A stretch of DNA of 64,000 nucleotides from Arenicellales bacterium (GCA_951813075.1 OX638343.1:2743999-2807998); one strand, 5' to 3'. Positions 50,709-61,352 are shown, numbered from the stretch's first letter. Notes: generated from the letters alone by a model not told the origin. A program made the numbers and translations.

Positions 50709-51581
50709 TTATGCATCATGCACTCGCCCAGTTTCTGGCCGATTCTGACAGCCGAGAAAAGGCGCTACGTAACGGGCGACCAATTCGGGTTGGTCCATGT
50801 GACAATGATGTCCTCCATCGATATCGATTACGGTTAGCCGGTCAAGATATTTCTCCCGGCCACGCAGGGCTTTCCAGTTGAGTATGATTCCATCTTTAGA
50901 CCGGACCAGCATTGACTCGCATTGGATTTTCTTAAGGTAGTGGGTTACGTGTTCCTCCACCAGATAGACAGGTGAGGGTTGACGCAGGAAGCGGTCGGTA
51001 CGCCATGTGAATCCATCTTCCGATTCGATGAGATTTCTGCTCACAATGAGCCTTGCCGAAGTTAGCGACATTGCTCCTGCTTGTTGTCGTGCTCGGGCGG
51101 CATCATCAATTTCTTTATAGATTCTTGGAGCGACTGCAGCTCGGGCTGCCCGACTCACGTGATTACGCAACTGATCAACAAACATTTCAGCTTCTCCGGT
51201 TACCGGCGCTAGTCCCTCGACCATAGCAAGACGTTTAATACGCTCAGGGATGACAGAACAGATGACACCGGCGACACCTGCCCCTAACGAGTGACCGAGC
51301 AGACTGAATGTAGTAAGCTTTAGTGCATCAGCAGCAAGTATCACGTCGGTTGCATAGTCGATGAAATGGTAGGCGTTAACTCCGTTGCGATGCTGGGATT
51401 TACCATGTCCCGGCATATCAAGGGCAATGATGCGCATATCCTTAAGGTATTCTGCGATCGGGAGGAAACTGGCTGCGTTATCGAGCCAGCCATGCAACGC
51501 AATGACTGTCGGCAGATCTTCTTCGCCCCACGTGAGAGCTGAGAGTTCGAGATTTCTTGTCTGAATTTTGATCTCTTCCAA
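50709..51581 (-). CDS. Alpha/beta-fold hydrolase
   Basis: 290 aa with HGWLDNAASF (oxyanion region), the nucleophile elbow GHSLGAG, and a C-terminal His (GGHHCH). Confidence 0.8.
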   Translation of the reverse strand: MEEIKIQTRNLELSALTWGEEDLPTVIALHGWLDNAASFLPIAEYLKDMRIIALDMPGHGKSQHRNGVNAYHFIDYATDVILAADALKLTTFSLLGHSLGAGVAGVICSVIPERIKRLAMVEGLAPVTGEAEMFVDQLRNHVSRAARAAVAPRIYKEIDDAARARQQAGAMSLTSARLIVSRNLIESEDGFTWRTDRFLRQPSPVYLVEEHVTHYLKKIQCESMLVRSKDGIILNWKALRGREKYLDRLTVIDIDGGHHCHMDQPELVARYVAPFLGCQNRPETGRVHDA

Positions 51582-52520
51582 CGGTTCTGTCTCCTGAAGA
51601 CCTACGTCAAATAATTTGCCAATAATACATAAACGTGCGAGTCTGATTTCGAAAATTGTGACAAATCTGAACTAATGCAATTGTCGAAAATCAGACCATA
51701 ACGTCCCATTTCGACCATTTGATCAGACGATAGTATCGTTCGGTCGAGTTTCACTACCACCATTTGAGGCAATCAGGCTAAATATCGGTAAATTATGACC
51801 ACTGTATGTTTTACATAGTTCCGTACCGGAATCAGCATCAGCAGATCGGCTGGCAGCGGAACTTCCAGGGGCAGGGTTGAGTCAAACAACCAATAAAGAA
51901 TTCTGAAGTCGAACATCCGTCGCGGTGGCGGAATTAATACCGAATTTGACCGGACTTTGTCCAAGACTACAAGATGATTGCAGGCGACGACATCGTCCCA
52001 GATTAAGACGAGTCTCAATTTCTCGGATTGCTGCTCAAGATTGAAAAATGCACCGCGTGGCGACGAAGCGAACGTAGTTTTTGCTGTATTGACGCAGACC
52101 AACCCGTACGATTACAGAACATTTTGATCGAGTCAGTACCGACCTGTTCATTTTTCTTGAAAACAGACTCTAATTTACACAACATATAGCCTCTGTAGGC
52201 AGACTGTAAACCGAAGATCAACAATATTTATTGATGTCTTCGCCGGTTCGGGTGTTGCATAACGTTCGTTACCCTGCACTCCTGATAGTTCGCGCTAGTT
52301 TCACTCATGAGGTGAAATTCTTGTATTTCGGAACTTCTCCGATTTACCGGGTTTACTCTTTGTCTTAGTGTTTCAAATGTCGAATCCGGAATCAATAAAT
52401 TATTTTTCTACTCAGTCGAAAATCTATAAAATGGCTTTGTCGAGTTGGTGATGGAATAGAGTTCCAAGTTATCGCTTGACATTGCTACGATATGTACATT
52501 GGATCGTATAGTTACTGGAG

Positions 52521-53603
52521 ATGGAAATGAAAAGAATAGTATTGGCATTAGCAGCCGCAATGTTTGGGCTGGTTACCTCTTCGGTGACGATGTCAGACGA
52601 GCCGCTTAAGGTGGGATTCGTCTATATCGGACCTGTCGGTGACCACGGGTGGACTTACCAGCACAACGAAGGGCGGTTGGCGATTGAAGAAGAGTTTGGA
52701 GATAAAGTCCAGACAACTTATGTGGAATTTGTTCCGGAAGGACAGGATTCGGAGCGCGTGATCCGACAGTTAGCCGCTGATGGCCACGACCTCATCTTCA
52801 CTACTTCATTCGGTTATATGAACCCCACAAATAAAGTTGCCAAGACGTTTCCTGATGTTCATTTCGAACACGCAACAGGCTACAAACGGGGCGACAACGT
52901 TGCTACATATTCTGCTAGATTCTACGAAGGCAGATATGTAATTGGACAGATTGCAGGAGCGGTTACCAAGTCGAACACTATCGGTTATATCGCGTCGTTT
53001 CCTATTCCCGAAGTCGTTCGTGGTATCAATTCATTCACGTTGGGACTTCACAGTGTGAACCCCGATGCGAAGGTAAAAGTGGTTTGGGTGAGTACTTGGT
53101 TTGATCCCGGGAAAGAAGGAGACGCCGCGAAGGCTTTGATTGACCAAGGTGCTGACGTTCTGACTCAGCACACGGATTCTCCTGCGCCTTTGCAGGTTGC
53201 TGAAGAACGCGGAATTTGGGCATTTGGCCAAGCCTCGAATATGCACGCCTTTGCTCCAACCGCACATCTGACAGCGATCGTAAATAACTGGGGGCCGTAC
53301 TACGTCCAAAGAACACAAGATGTAATGGACGGAACCTGGTCTTCTCAGGATGTATGGTCGGGCATTGCGGATGGAATGGTGGTGATGGCAGACTTTAACG
53401 CCGAATCTTTACCGGCAGACGTCATTGCGAAAGCACAAGAAACAGTAGAGGCGATACGTAGCGGACAACTCCATCCATTTACAGGTCCTATCATGGATCA
53501 AGCCGGCAACGAAGTTGTGGCCGACGGTGAGGTTATCAGTGACGGTGATCTGCTGGGAATGAATTACTACGTAATGGGTGTCGACGGTTCCGTTCCCAAC
53601 TAA
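52521..53603 (+). CDS. BMP-family (Med/PnrA-like) ABC transporter substrate-binding protein, orphan
   Basis: 360 aa with a signal peptide (MKRIVLALAAAMFGLVTSSVTMS). BMP-like blocks are LKVGFVYIGPVGDHGWTYQHNEG and FTTSFGYM. No permease or ATPase genes are adjacent. Confidence 0.85.
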   Translation: MEMKRIVLALAAAMFGLVTSSVTMSDEPLKVGFVYIGPVGDHGWTYQHNEGRLAIEEEFGDKVQTTYVEFVPEGQDSERVIRQLAADGHDLIFTTSFGYMNPTNKVAKTFPDVHFEHATGYKRGDNVATYSARFYEGRYVIGQIAGAVTKSNTIGYIASFPIPEVVRGINSFTLGLHSVNPDAKVKVVWVSTWFDPGKEGDAAKALIDQGADVLTQHTDSPAPLQVAEERGIWAFGQASNMHAFAPTAHLTAIVNNWGPYYVQRTQDVMDGTWSSQDVWSGIADGMVVMADFNAESLPADVIAKAQETVEAIRSGQLHPFTGPIMDQAGNEVVADGEVISDGDLLGMNYYVMGVDGSVPN

Positions 53604-53639
53604 ATTATTCAGACATTGATCACGTTCAGAACGAAAATG

Positions 53640-53669
53640 GGGCGTCATCTATTTGACGCCCTGATTTTT
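53640..53669 (+). terminator. Rho-independent terminator after the BMP-family gene
   Basis: gggcgtca / tctatt / tgacgccc followed by tgattttt, 37 nt after the stop. Confidence 0.6.
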
Positions 53670-53785
53670 CCTGTGTTTGGGTAGATTAAATCGTAAATTC
53701 CGATGCCCCCAGTGCACCAGCTAGTAATTTTCGGACACAGTAGTCTCTGCGTATTGCCACATCGTGTTCAATCCAGCGAGACTAC

Positions 53786-54448
53786 GTGAAGCCTATCATC
53801 ATATTCGACTATGATGGCGTAATAGTCGATTCGATTGAAATTTTCGCCCGAACGGTAAGGGTTGCCGCTTGTAAGCTAAATCAACCAACCGGGTTTGATC
53901 CAGACGATTTGAAAAGCATCCAGCGAATGACAATCGAGGGAATCTGCGATTACGTTGAGATCAGTAGAGATCGGATACCCGAGTTCCTTGAGGTGTTGGA
54001 TCGGGAACTCTACCAAGCTGCTGGTGAAATTCCACTATTTCCGAATATGGCGCAAGTCATAAGACAACTAAGTCGCGCGGGAATACTGGCAATCGTTTCA
54101 GCCACACCTGCGCCGATTGTCAACAAGGTACTGAAAAACCATTCGATAAAGCGGTATTTCGATTGTGTCATCGGCGGCGATTCGCCTGGTGCAAAATCGG
54201 TGAAAATTAAATCCATCATCGAGCAATATGATTCCGAACCTGAAATAGCTTGTATGGTTGGCGATACCATCAGCGATATTGAAGAAGGTAATGCGGCTGA
54301 CGTAGCGACTATTGCGGTTAGTTGGGGGTGGCATTCAATTGATCATTTATTGTCTGCCCGACCCGATTCGGTCGCTAATCGACCTGAAGATCTAATTGAT
54401 CTAACGCGACAGCTGGTCAAACTATCGCGATTTGATGTTGCCCGATAA
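53786..54448 (+). CDS. HAD-superfamily hydrolase (phosphoglycolate phosphatase-like, subfamily IA)
   Basis: 220 aa with a GTG start. It has motif I (IIFDYDGVIVDS) and a late GD..SD motif (MVGDTISDIEEG). Confidence 0.8.
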   Translation: MKPIIIFDYDGVIVDSIEIFARTVRVAACKLNQPTGFDPDDLKSIQRMTIEGICDYVEISRDRIPEFLEVLDRELYQAAGEIPLFPNMAQVIRQLSRAGILAIVSATPAPIVNKVLKNHSIKRYFDCVIGGDSPGAKSVKIKSIIEQYDSEPEIACMVGDTISDIEEGNAADVATIAVSWGWHSIDHLLSARPDSVANRPEDLIDLTRQLVKLSRFDVAR

Positions 54449-54468
54449 ACAACGATTGGTTATGCGAA

Positions 54469-55602
54469 ATGAACGATTACAAGACATTACTGGCTCAAGC
54501 CGGACACTACATTGACGACCAGAGCGGTGGGATTGTCCCACCGATCATGCCTTCTGTTACATTTGCCAGAGATGAAAGCCTGGAACTGATCGGCGACTAT
54601 GTCTACAGCCGCTATGACAATCCGACTTATCGGCAACTTGAAAAAATCTTCTGTGAGTTGGAAGGTGGTGAAGCGGCATTGTTCTTCGCCTCCGGATTGG
54701 CGGCAATAGCTGCGGTATTCGAAACCGTCGACATGGGAGAGCATATAACCGCACCCAAGATTATGTATCACGGCACGGTTGATTGGTTAAAGCGCATTTC
54801 CGAGAAAAGAAACTTGGGGTTAACGTTATTCCATCCCTCCGATCCGGACGGGCTTGGTGCATCTCTCAAACCGGGTAAGACGGCCATTGTGTGGATTGAA
54901 TCACCGATCAATCCCTCGTGGGAAGTTTTGGACATCCGTCGGGCCGCGGACGAAGCGCACGCAGCTGGAGCGATTCTCGCGGTTGATTGTACTGCCGCAC
55001 CGCCAGTTACAACCCGTGCTTTGGAATTAGGCGCGGATATTGTTTTTCACTCGGCAACAAAGTACCTCAACGGTCACAGTGATTTGAATGCGGGTGTGCT
55101 TGTAACCCGAGAGAAGACACCGAGATGGGACGACATTATCGATGTTCGCAGATTAACCGGTGGACTTCTCGGAACTTTTGAGGCTTGGTTGTTACTACGG
55201 GGTATGAGAACGCTGTCGATTCGTTATGAGCGTGCATCGAGTAATGCCATGAAAATTGCTCAATTTCTCGAGTCACACGATGCCATTGATAAAGTTCTTT
55301 ATCCGGGGCTTCCAAGCCACCCGTCCCATGACATCGCGTGCAAACAGATGTCAAATGGTTTTGGTGGCATGATGTCGGTTCAGATGAAAGGCGGAGCGGA
55401 AGCAGCTCGGAAATTTGTCTCATCTGTAAAGGTATTCGTCCGTGCGACCTCGCTGGGTGGTGTCGAAAGTCTGATTGAGCATAGAAGAACCGTCGAGGGG
55501 CCGCACAGTCAAGTTCCTGTAAATCTGATTCGACTATCGGTCGGAATCGAGGATGTTGATGAATTGATTGCTGACCTTAATCAGGCCTTATTGCAGCTTT
55601 AA
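54469..55602 (+). CDS. PLP-dependent trans-sulfuration family enzyme (cystathionine gamma-synthase / beta-lyase / methionine gamma-lyase family)
   Basis: 377 aa with the PLP-lysine motif HSATKYLNGHSD and a family-typical C-terminus (SLGGVESLIEH). The subfamily cannot be resolved by eye. Confidence 0.85.
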   Translation: MNDYKTLLAQAGHYIDDQSGGIVPPIMPSVTFARDESLELIGDYVYSRYDNPTYRQLEKIFCELEGGEAALFFASGLAAIAAVFETVDMGEHITAPKIMYHGTVDWLKRISEKRNLGLTLFHPSDPDGLGASLKPGKTAIVWIESPINPSWEVLDIRRAADEAHAAGAILAVDCTAAPPVTTRALELGADIVFHSATKYLNGHSDLNAGVLVTREKTPRWDDIIDVRRLTGGLLGTFEAWLLLRGMRTLSIRYERASSNAMKIAQFLESHDAIDKVLYPGLPSHPSHDIACKQMSNGFGGMMSVQMKGGAEAARKFVSSVKVFVRATSLGGVESLIEHRRTVEGPHSQVPVNLIRLSVGIEDVDELIADLNQALLQL

Positions 55603-55622
55603 AATTTGCTGAACGTCAAGCG

Positions 55623-56747
55623 TCAAGACAATCGGAAGCGGTCCGGTGAAAGTGAACTGAAATCAAACGGTGATTCTGCATAAGCTTTTGGAATCTCGCG
55701 ATCGATGAGCAACGAAGCGGCGTAGAGACCGATACCGGGTGAAGAGAATACGCCATAACCTCCCTGACCGACAAGCCAGAAGAAACCTTCTCGGTAGGGC
55801 TCCCAGCCAATGATGGGATTGCAGTCCGGCGCGAAAGTTCGAAGCCCGGCCCAGCTATGATCAATGCGGGTAACTTTCAAATTCGTTACTTGCTCGAACC
55901 TTGAAATGGCGACTGCCATATCCATTTCGTCGGGCTGTGCATCACAAGGAATACTCGGAGTCTGGTCGGCGGCCGACAGCATTAGTTTGCCAACACCGAA
56001 ATTCTGGAAATAAACATAATTAGGTTCGACTACAACGAAAATCTCGATATCGAAATTGACATCCGCGAACTGATTGCTATCTAGAACAACGACAGTGCGC
56101 TTTTTCGGAACAAGTCCTACGGGTGTAACACCTGCAGTGCGGGCTACCTCATCACCCCAGGCACCTGCTGCGTTGCAAACAGTCGGTGTCTGATACGTTT
56201 CGCCGTTGACGTGAATTTCCCAAATTCCCGATGGGTTCAGATTGAGTCTGTCGATCCGTGCATTTTGATGAATGACGCCACCCTTACCAGTGATCGTACG
56301 TATGTAGCACGAATGAAGAGCATGCACGTCGATACTGGCCACGTCCTTATCCACAACACCACCCAAGAATTTACCCTTACGAAGAAAAGAAACTTTTTCC
56401 AGACAGGTGGATTCGTCCCACCAAACGCTTTTCGGTGGTCGTTCAACCGTGAGTGTCTGATCGCTGTCGATCACTGTCAGCAGATCCCGAGGTTCAACTA
56501 GGGGGCCTTGCGCTTGTGCTGGCGGAGTTTCCAGAAAGGAGCGCCCAATTGCCGCGAACGCCTTCATCGAGTCGGGCCCGTAATGCGGCGTCAGCAGCGC
56601 AGCGCTTCGTCCTGTTGTGTGATAGGCGAGCGAACTTTCCATTTCAAATAGATGCACCCGCACACCGAAATCTGCGAGAAATGCACCAACTGAAGCACCG
56701 GCGATGCCTCCACCGATGATTGCGATGTCAATGGATTTGGCGGTCAT
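55623..56747 (-). CDS. FAD-dependent oxidoreductase (DAO family; glycine/D-amino-acid/sarcosine oxidase-like)
   Basis: 374 aa with the N-terminal dinucleotide fold IAIIGGGIAGASVGAFLA. Its start codon abuts the stop of the upstream flavoprotein gene (0-nt gap). Confidence 0.8.
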   Translation of the reverse strand: MTAKSIDIAIIGGGIAGASVGAFLADFGVRVHLFEMESSLAYHTTGRSAALLTPHYGPDSMKAFAAIGRSFLETPPAQAQGPLVEPRDLLTVIDSDQTLTVERPPKSVWWDESTCLEKVSFLRKGKFLGGVVDKDVASIDVHALHSCYIRTITGKGGVIHQNARIDRLNLNPSGIWEIHVNGETYQTPTVCNAAGAWGDEVARTAGVTPVGLVPKKRTVVVLDSNQFADVNFDIEIFVVVEPNYVYFQNFGVGKLMLSAADQTPSIPCDAQPDEMDMAVAISRFEQVTNLKVTRIDHSWAGLRTFAPDCNPIIGWEPYREGFFWLVGQGGYGVFSSPGIGLYAASLLIDREIPKAYAESPFDFSSLSPDRFRLS

Positions 56748-58790
56748 CTAAATCTGCAGGCAAAGTCTCAGTGAATCATACAATGCCGCATGAATGTTCC
56801 TGCTTGCAACTGCGTCTCCGACCCTGAACAACTGATAACTGCCATCAGGATTGGCAACCGAATTCTGGGGAGCTCCGTTGACAAGCGCATCGAAATCTAC
56901 GATACCTTTATTGAGCGAGTTATCTTTCAACTCGAAGTAAAGTTCATCGTTTGGAAGTGTGCCATGTTCAACTACAATCTGAGACGCTTCTCTTCGGGTT
57001 GTCGAGCGGTCAAATTCGTTGTAAAAGTGACCGACCAGTGTTCCGTTTTGTTTTTCGACTCCGATCAGACGCTGACTGACGATCATCTCGACATTGTTTT
57101 CGTAAAACAGTTTGTAATAAATTGGATAGTTGGTACCGCCAACTTCTTCCGCGACATGCCGGTCGGGGGTTGTGAATTTGACGGAAGAGCCACTGTGGAC
57201 AATAAACTCCGCACATGAAATTGCCTGATGTTGTCCGTTGTCATCGTAGATCAGGACGTCGGCGTGCGGTGTGGCAACCCCGTCCAGGATGTCCCAGGTT
57301 GTCGTGACGAGATCCGTGCCATATTTAAGAAATTCCAAGTTCGGTGATCCACCTGTTGCAACGATGACCGCGTCGGGATTTTCTCGAATGACATCTTCGG
57401 CCTCGGCGTAGTGGTTGAATCTCATCTCTACAGACAGCCTTTGCAGTTGTCCGTATAGCCAGTCGACCACACCCAGTATTTCGCGCCGGCGTTCGACACG
57501 TGCTGCAGTATTGAGTTGTCCACCAGGCTGATCGGCCGCCTCTAACACAACGACATCGTGTCCGCGTTCGCCACAAACCCTTGCAGCTTCGAGGCCAGCG
57601 GGACCGGCACCGACTACGACAATGCGTTTATTTGTCTTTGACGGCGGAACGATGTGGGGAATCTGCTCCTCACGTCCAGTCGCCGGGTTGTGAATACACA
57701 ATGCTTCACCACCCATGTAAATACGATCAATGCAGTAACCTGCGCCCACACAAGGGCGGATCTGATCCTCGGCGCCCTGTTTGATCTTCTTGACAATATG
57801 TGGGTCGGCCATATGCGCTCGCGTCATACCGACCAGATCAACACAACCGCTTGCAACTGCATGGCGCGCAGTCGCTACATCGGCAATCCTTGCAGCGTGA
57901 AATACAGGCAACTTCAAGTCGGATCGCACCGCCGCGGTGAACTCCAGGTGCGGGCCAGAAGGAGTTCCCATATTTGGTATGACATGGGACAGACCCTCAT
58001 CAGTATCAACATGTCCCTTGATGACGTTGATGAAATCCAATTTTCCGGAATCAGTGAGAATCTTGGCGATCTGCATTCCCTCGTCGAATTCGAGTCCATC
58101 TTCAAGGTCCTCATCGATAACCATTCGAATTCCGACGATGTAGTCGCTGCCCACCTGATTGCGAATTTCGTCGATCACTTCCACAGTAAAGCGAATGCGG
58201 TTTTCGAGGCTCCCACCGTAGCGGTCGGTACGACGGTTGGTTCGCTGCGCCCAGAAACCGTCCAGCAGATGTCCGTATCCCTCAATCTCGATTCCATCCA
58301 AGTCGCCGTCAAGGCAACGTCTGGCAGCTGCACCATAAGCTTTGGCAATTCTTGAAATATCTTCAACCTCAAGCACCTTTGGAAAGGAGCGGTGGGCAGG
58401 CTCTCGCACACATGAAGCGGCTACTGTCGGCAGCCAATCATTGACGTAGGGTGAGGTTCGGCGTCCGAGATGAGTGATCTGGCACATAACTGCGGTACCG
58501 TGCTGATGGACTCGATGCGCGAGTTGTTTGAAATAAGGGACAATCTCATCGGATCCGGCGTAAAGATTTCCGAAAGCCGGCGGTGAGTCCCGATCAACCA
58601 ATGTCGATCCGCCAAACATCGTCATGGCGATACCACCTTTCGCTTTTTCCTCGTGATACAGCTGATAACGGAGTTTGGGTAACATGTCCTCGGAATACGC
58701 GGGTTCATGGCTTGTGCTGATGATCCGGTTACGAAGATGCAGATGCTTCAGTTGAAAAGATTGGAGAAGAGGATCGGAATTTGGATTCAT
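56748..58790 (-). CDS. Two-domain flavoprotein: Old-Yellow-Enzyme-like FMN domain plus FAD/NAD(P)-binding domain (2,4-dienoyl-CoA reductase / amine demethylase type)
   Basis: 680 aa. The N-terminal part is a TIM-barrel NADH:flavin oxidoreductase region (LRNRIISTSHEP...). A Cys-rich linker follows (IRPCVGAGYCIDR). The C-terminal part is a Rossmann domain (IVVVGAGPAGLEAARV). This is the architecture of FadH, trimethylamine dehydrogenase and N-methylproline demethylase. Confidence 0.85.
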   Translation of the reverse strand: MNPNSDPLLQSFQLKHLHLRNRIISTSHEPAYSEDMLPKLRYQLYHEEKAKGGIAMTMFGGSTLVDRDSPPAFGNLYAGSDEIVPYFKQLAHRVHQHGTAVMCQITHLGRRTSPYVNDWLPTVAASCVREPAHRSFPKVLEVEDISRIAKAYGAAARRCLDGDLDGIEIEGYGHLLDGFWAQRTNRRTDRYGGSLENRIRFTVEVIDEIRNQVGSDYIVGIRMVIDEDLEDGLEFDEGMQIAKILTDSGKLDFINVIKGHVDTDEGLSHVIPNMGTPSGPHLEFTAAVRSDLKLPVFHAARIADVATARHAVASGCVDLVGMTRAHMADPHIVKKIKQGAEDQIRPCVGAGYCIDRIYMGGEALCIHNPATGREEQIPHIVPPSKTNKRIVVVGAGPAGLEAARVCGERGHDVVVLEAADQPGGQLNTAARVERRREILGVVDWLYGQLQRLSVEMRFNHYAEAEDVIRENPDAVIVATGGSPNLEFLKYGTDLVTTTWDILDGVATPHADVLIYDDNGQHQAISCAEFIVHSGSSVKFTTPDRHVAEEVGGTNYPIYYKLFYENNVEMIVSQRLIGVEKQNGTLVGHFYNEFDRSTTRREASQIVVEHGTLPNDELYFELKDNSLNKGIVDFDALVNGAPQNSVANPDGSYQLFRVGDAVASRNIHAALYDSLRLCLQI

Positions 58791-59040
58791 GTGTTATTCA
58801 ATGACAGGTGTCGGGTAAAAAACTTATTCTATCTGAGGACTTTAAATATATATTATCTGCTTGATTTCAAAAGTTGCGCATTGATTTACCCGATACAAAT
58901 TTCAAATAGTCTGAACGCAGGGAAGTTTCGGATTTGGCGATTAATTCATTTGACTTTAGTTCGAATCCAAACCGATTATTTATGACCAAGGAGATTTTCG
59001 GTAGATTCTATGGGAATCTATTGATTCTCGAGCGTTAAAT

Positions 59041-60588
59041 TTGACAGACCAAGCAATGGCTGAATCCAGACTACGAAGAAAGCGGCGACCCAAGCCGTCG
59101 GATTCGGCTATCAATCAACTTCCGTTCCAACAGGTTCAGAATCCCTACAGCCCTGTAGAGTTGCTGTCGCGGGATCAGATGGAGCAAATTCACGACGCAT
59201 CCCTCACGGTACTGGAGGAGGTTGGTGTTAACTTTCTGCTTGACGAAGCCCGACAGATACTCAAGGTGGCCGGTGCCGATGTCGACGAAGAGAGTACACG
59301 AGTGAGGTTTGACAGGAATCTGATACTGGAGTCTATTAAAACAGCTCCTTCTGAATTCACTATCCATGCGAGAAACCCCGACCGCTGTTTGCGAATTGGC
59401 GGTCGTTGGCTGGCATTTTCAACTGTCGCCGGACCGCCGAATTGCAGCGATCTTGACAATGGCAGACGTTCTGGTTCATACGACGACTATTGCAAGTTCA
59501 TTCGTTTGGCACACGGTGTGAACGTCGCGCATGCGATTTCCGGTCATCCGGTTGAACCTTTGGATCTGAATCCCCAGACCAGACATCTGGATACGGCAAA
59601 AGCGAATGTCACATTGACCGACAAGGTATTCAGGTGTTATTCCCTGGGGCGTGACCGAGTTGTAGACTCGATAGAGATTGCGCGTATCAGTCGGAATATT
59701 TCTCGTGCGCAACTGTCGCAGGAACCGAGTCTTTTTACTGTCGTCAATGTCAACTCGCCTTTGCAATACGACGTACCCATGCTATGGGGAATTATTGAAC
59801 TGGCCCGAATGAATCAAGTCGTTGTCATCACACCGTTTACTCTTGCCGGTGCGATGGCGCCGATAACATTGGCGGGTGCCGTCACACAGCAAAATGCGGA
59901 GGCGCTCGCAGGAATTGCTTTTTCTCAAATGGTCAATCCAGGTGCTCCTGTTATCTACGGAGGATTCACATCCAATGTCGATATGCAAACCGGGTCTCCC
60001 GCTTTCGGTACACCGGAATATGTCAAAGCGACTCTGATTGGTGGACAGTTCGCCAGATTCTACAAACTGCCGTATCGCTCATCGAATGTCAATGCATCGA
60101 ATGCTCCTGATGTACAGGCGACTTATGAATCACAGATGTCAGTCTGGAGCTGTGTCATGGGACACGCCAATCTGATTCACCATGCGCTGGGTTGGCTGGA
60201 AGGCGGGCTTTGTGCGTCATTCGAAAAATTTGTCATTGACGCAGAGATTCTGCAGGGAATGGTCGAGGTTCTGAAGCCGGTTATAGTCGACGAAGAAACA
60301 TTGGGGCTTGATGCAATTCGCGAAGTCGGTCCGGGTGGTCATTATTTTGCTGCCCGGCAGACAATGAAGCGCTATGATTCGGAATTCTATCGACCAATTC
60401 TATCTGATTGGCGAAACTTCGAGACGTGGTATGAGGACGGTGCGATTGATGCCACAGTCAGGGCAAACGGAATATTCAAACGTCTGCTGGATGAGTACGA
60501 ACGGCCGGAACTTGATCCCGGAGTCGCGGAAGAACTTGATAGATTCGTCAAAATTGCCAAGGAACAGCGCGTAGCAGCCAACACTTAG
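59041..60588 (+). CDS. MttB-superfamily methyltransferase (trimethylamine methyltransferase family, non-pyrrolysine type)
   Basis: 515-aa uninterrupted ORF; a TTG start at 59041 or an ATG at 59056 is possible. MttB-like blocks are LSRDQMEQIHDASLTVLEEVGV and ITPFTLAGAMAPITLAGAVTQQNAEALAG. There is no in-frame TAG. Confidence 0.85.
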   Translation: MTDQAMAESRLRRKRRPKPSDSAINQLPFQQVQNPYSPVELLSRDQMEQIHDASLTVLEEVGVNFLLDEARQILKVAGADVDEESTRVRFDRNLILESIKTAPSEFTIHARNPDRCLRIGGRWLAFSTVAGPPNCSDLDNGRRSGSYDDYCKFIRLAHGVNVAHAISGHPVEPLDLNPQTRHLDTAKANVTLTDKVFRCYSLGRDRVVDSIEIARISRNISRAQLSQEPSLFTVVNVNSPLQYDVPMLWGIIELARMNQVVVITPFTLAGAMAPITLAGAVTQQNAEALAGIAFSQMVNPGAPVIYGGFTSNVDMQTGSPAFGTPEYVKATLIGGQFARFYKLPYRSSNVNASNAPDVQATYESQMSVWSCVMGHANLIHHALGWLEGGLCASFEKFVIDAEILQGMVEVLKPVIVDEETLGLDAIREVGPGGHYFAARQTMKRYDSEFYRPILSDWRNFETWYEDGAIDATVRANGIFKRLLDEYERPELDPGVAEELDRFVKIAKEQRVAANT

Positions 60589-60671
60589 TTTTTGCATGCC
60601 CCCGCACTGAATCAAGTGCACAGTGGAACCGGGACATGACTCAAAGCCGTTTGAACCAACTTCAGCGGTAG

Positions 60672-61352
60672 CCGTACTCGCGTAGAAGGGGAACGATCAT
60701 AGCAACAACACGCGCGCCAAATTACCCTGATATGCCAAGAACTTCGCGACATCCTGCCAATTTGAATTTCGATGATTGTTTCACACATGATTTGTCCAGA
60801 CTTATTGGTCAAGCGTTGCAATTCAAAGGGGATGATTTTTCGAAAATAGATGTCGACATATACAAGGCTGCGTGAGAGTCAACACTACAGAGGTTATTGA
60901 GTGATTGTTCAACTGATGAAACAACTAACGTGGCCGCCTACATCTTGCTTAGTCAGCCGAAAGACAAACACACGCAGATTGCTGAATTGACGACAAGGTC
61001 GAAGAGCTTAAACAGCGACTGAAAGAAGACGGTATAGGTCAGGATTCACCCTGTCAGAACGAAAGTATCAAAAGAAATGACGGATCGATTCGACAAACCC
61101 CTTGTATCTGCTCAATATCAATATTGCCGACGAATTCGTTTCTGATGTGTACCCCTGGTCGGCAATAACAGCGAATTGATGTCGAAATTACAGACAATTT
61201 TCGCCTTATGCGAAATCGAACGAATTTTTGGAAAATTAGAGTTTGATGCTAGTTTGCTGGAAAGTTCTTTAGCGTTTGATGAATTCATTCCCGCCTTCGC
61301 GCAATTGAATACTGAAGATTCAAATCACAATATTCGACAAGACAAATGTTGA
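60672..61352 (+). pseudogene. Candidate decayed gene: a single frame of about 227 codons interrupted by four stops
   Basis: The frame reads ..DLSRLIGQALQFKGDDFSKIDVDIYKAA*ESTLQRLLSDCSTDETTNVAAYILLSQPKDKHTQIAELTTRSKSLNSD*KKTV*VRIH...RRIRF*CVPLVGNNSELMSKLQTIFALCEIERIFGKLEFDASLLESSLAFDEFIPAFAQLNTE.. I recognise no homolog. The last 57 codons (61179..61352) form an intact small ORF. Confidence 0.2.

Noticed and set aside
59041-60588. Possible pyrrolysine (in-frame TAG) in the MttB-family gene
   Set aside because: The ORF is uninterrupted over 515 codons and I see no pyl genes, so this is the non-Pyl type.
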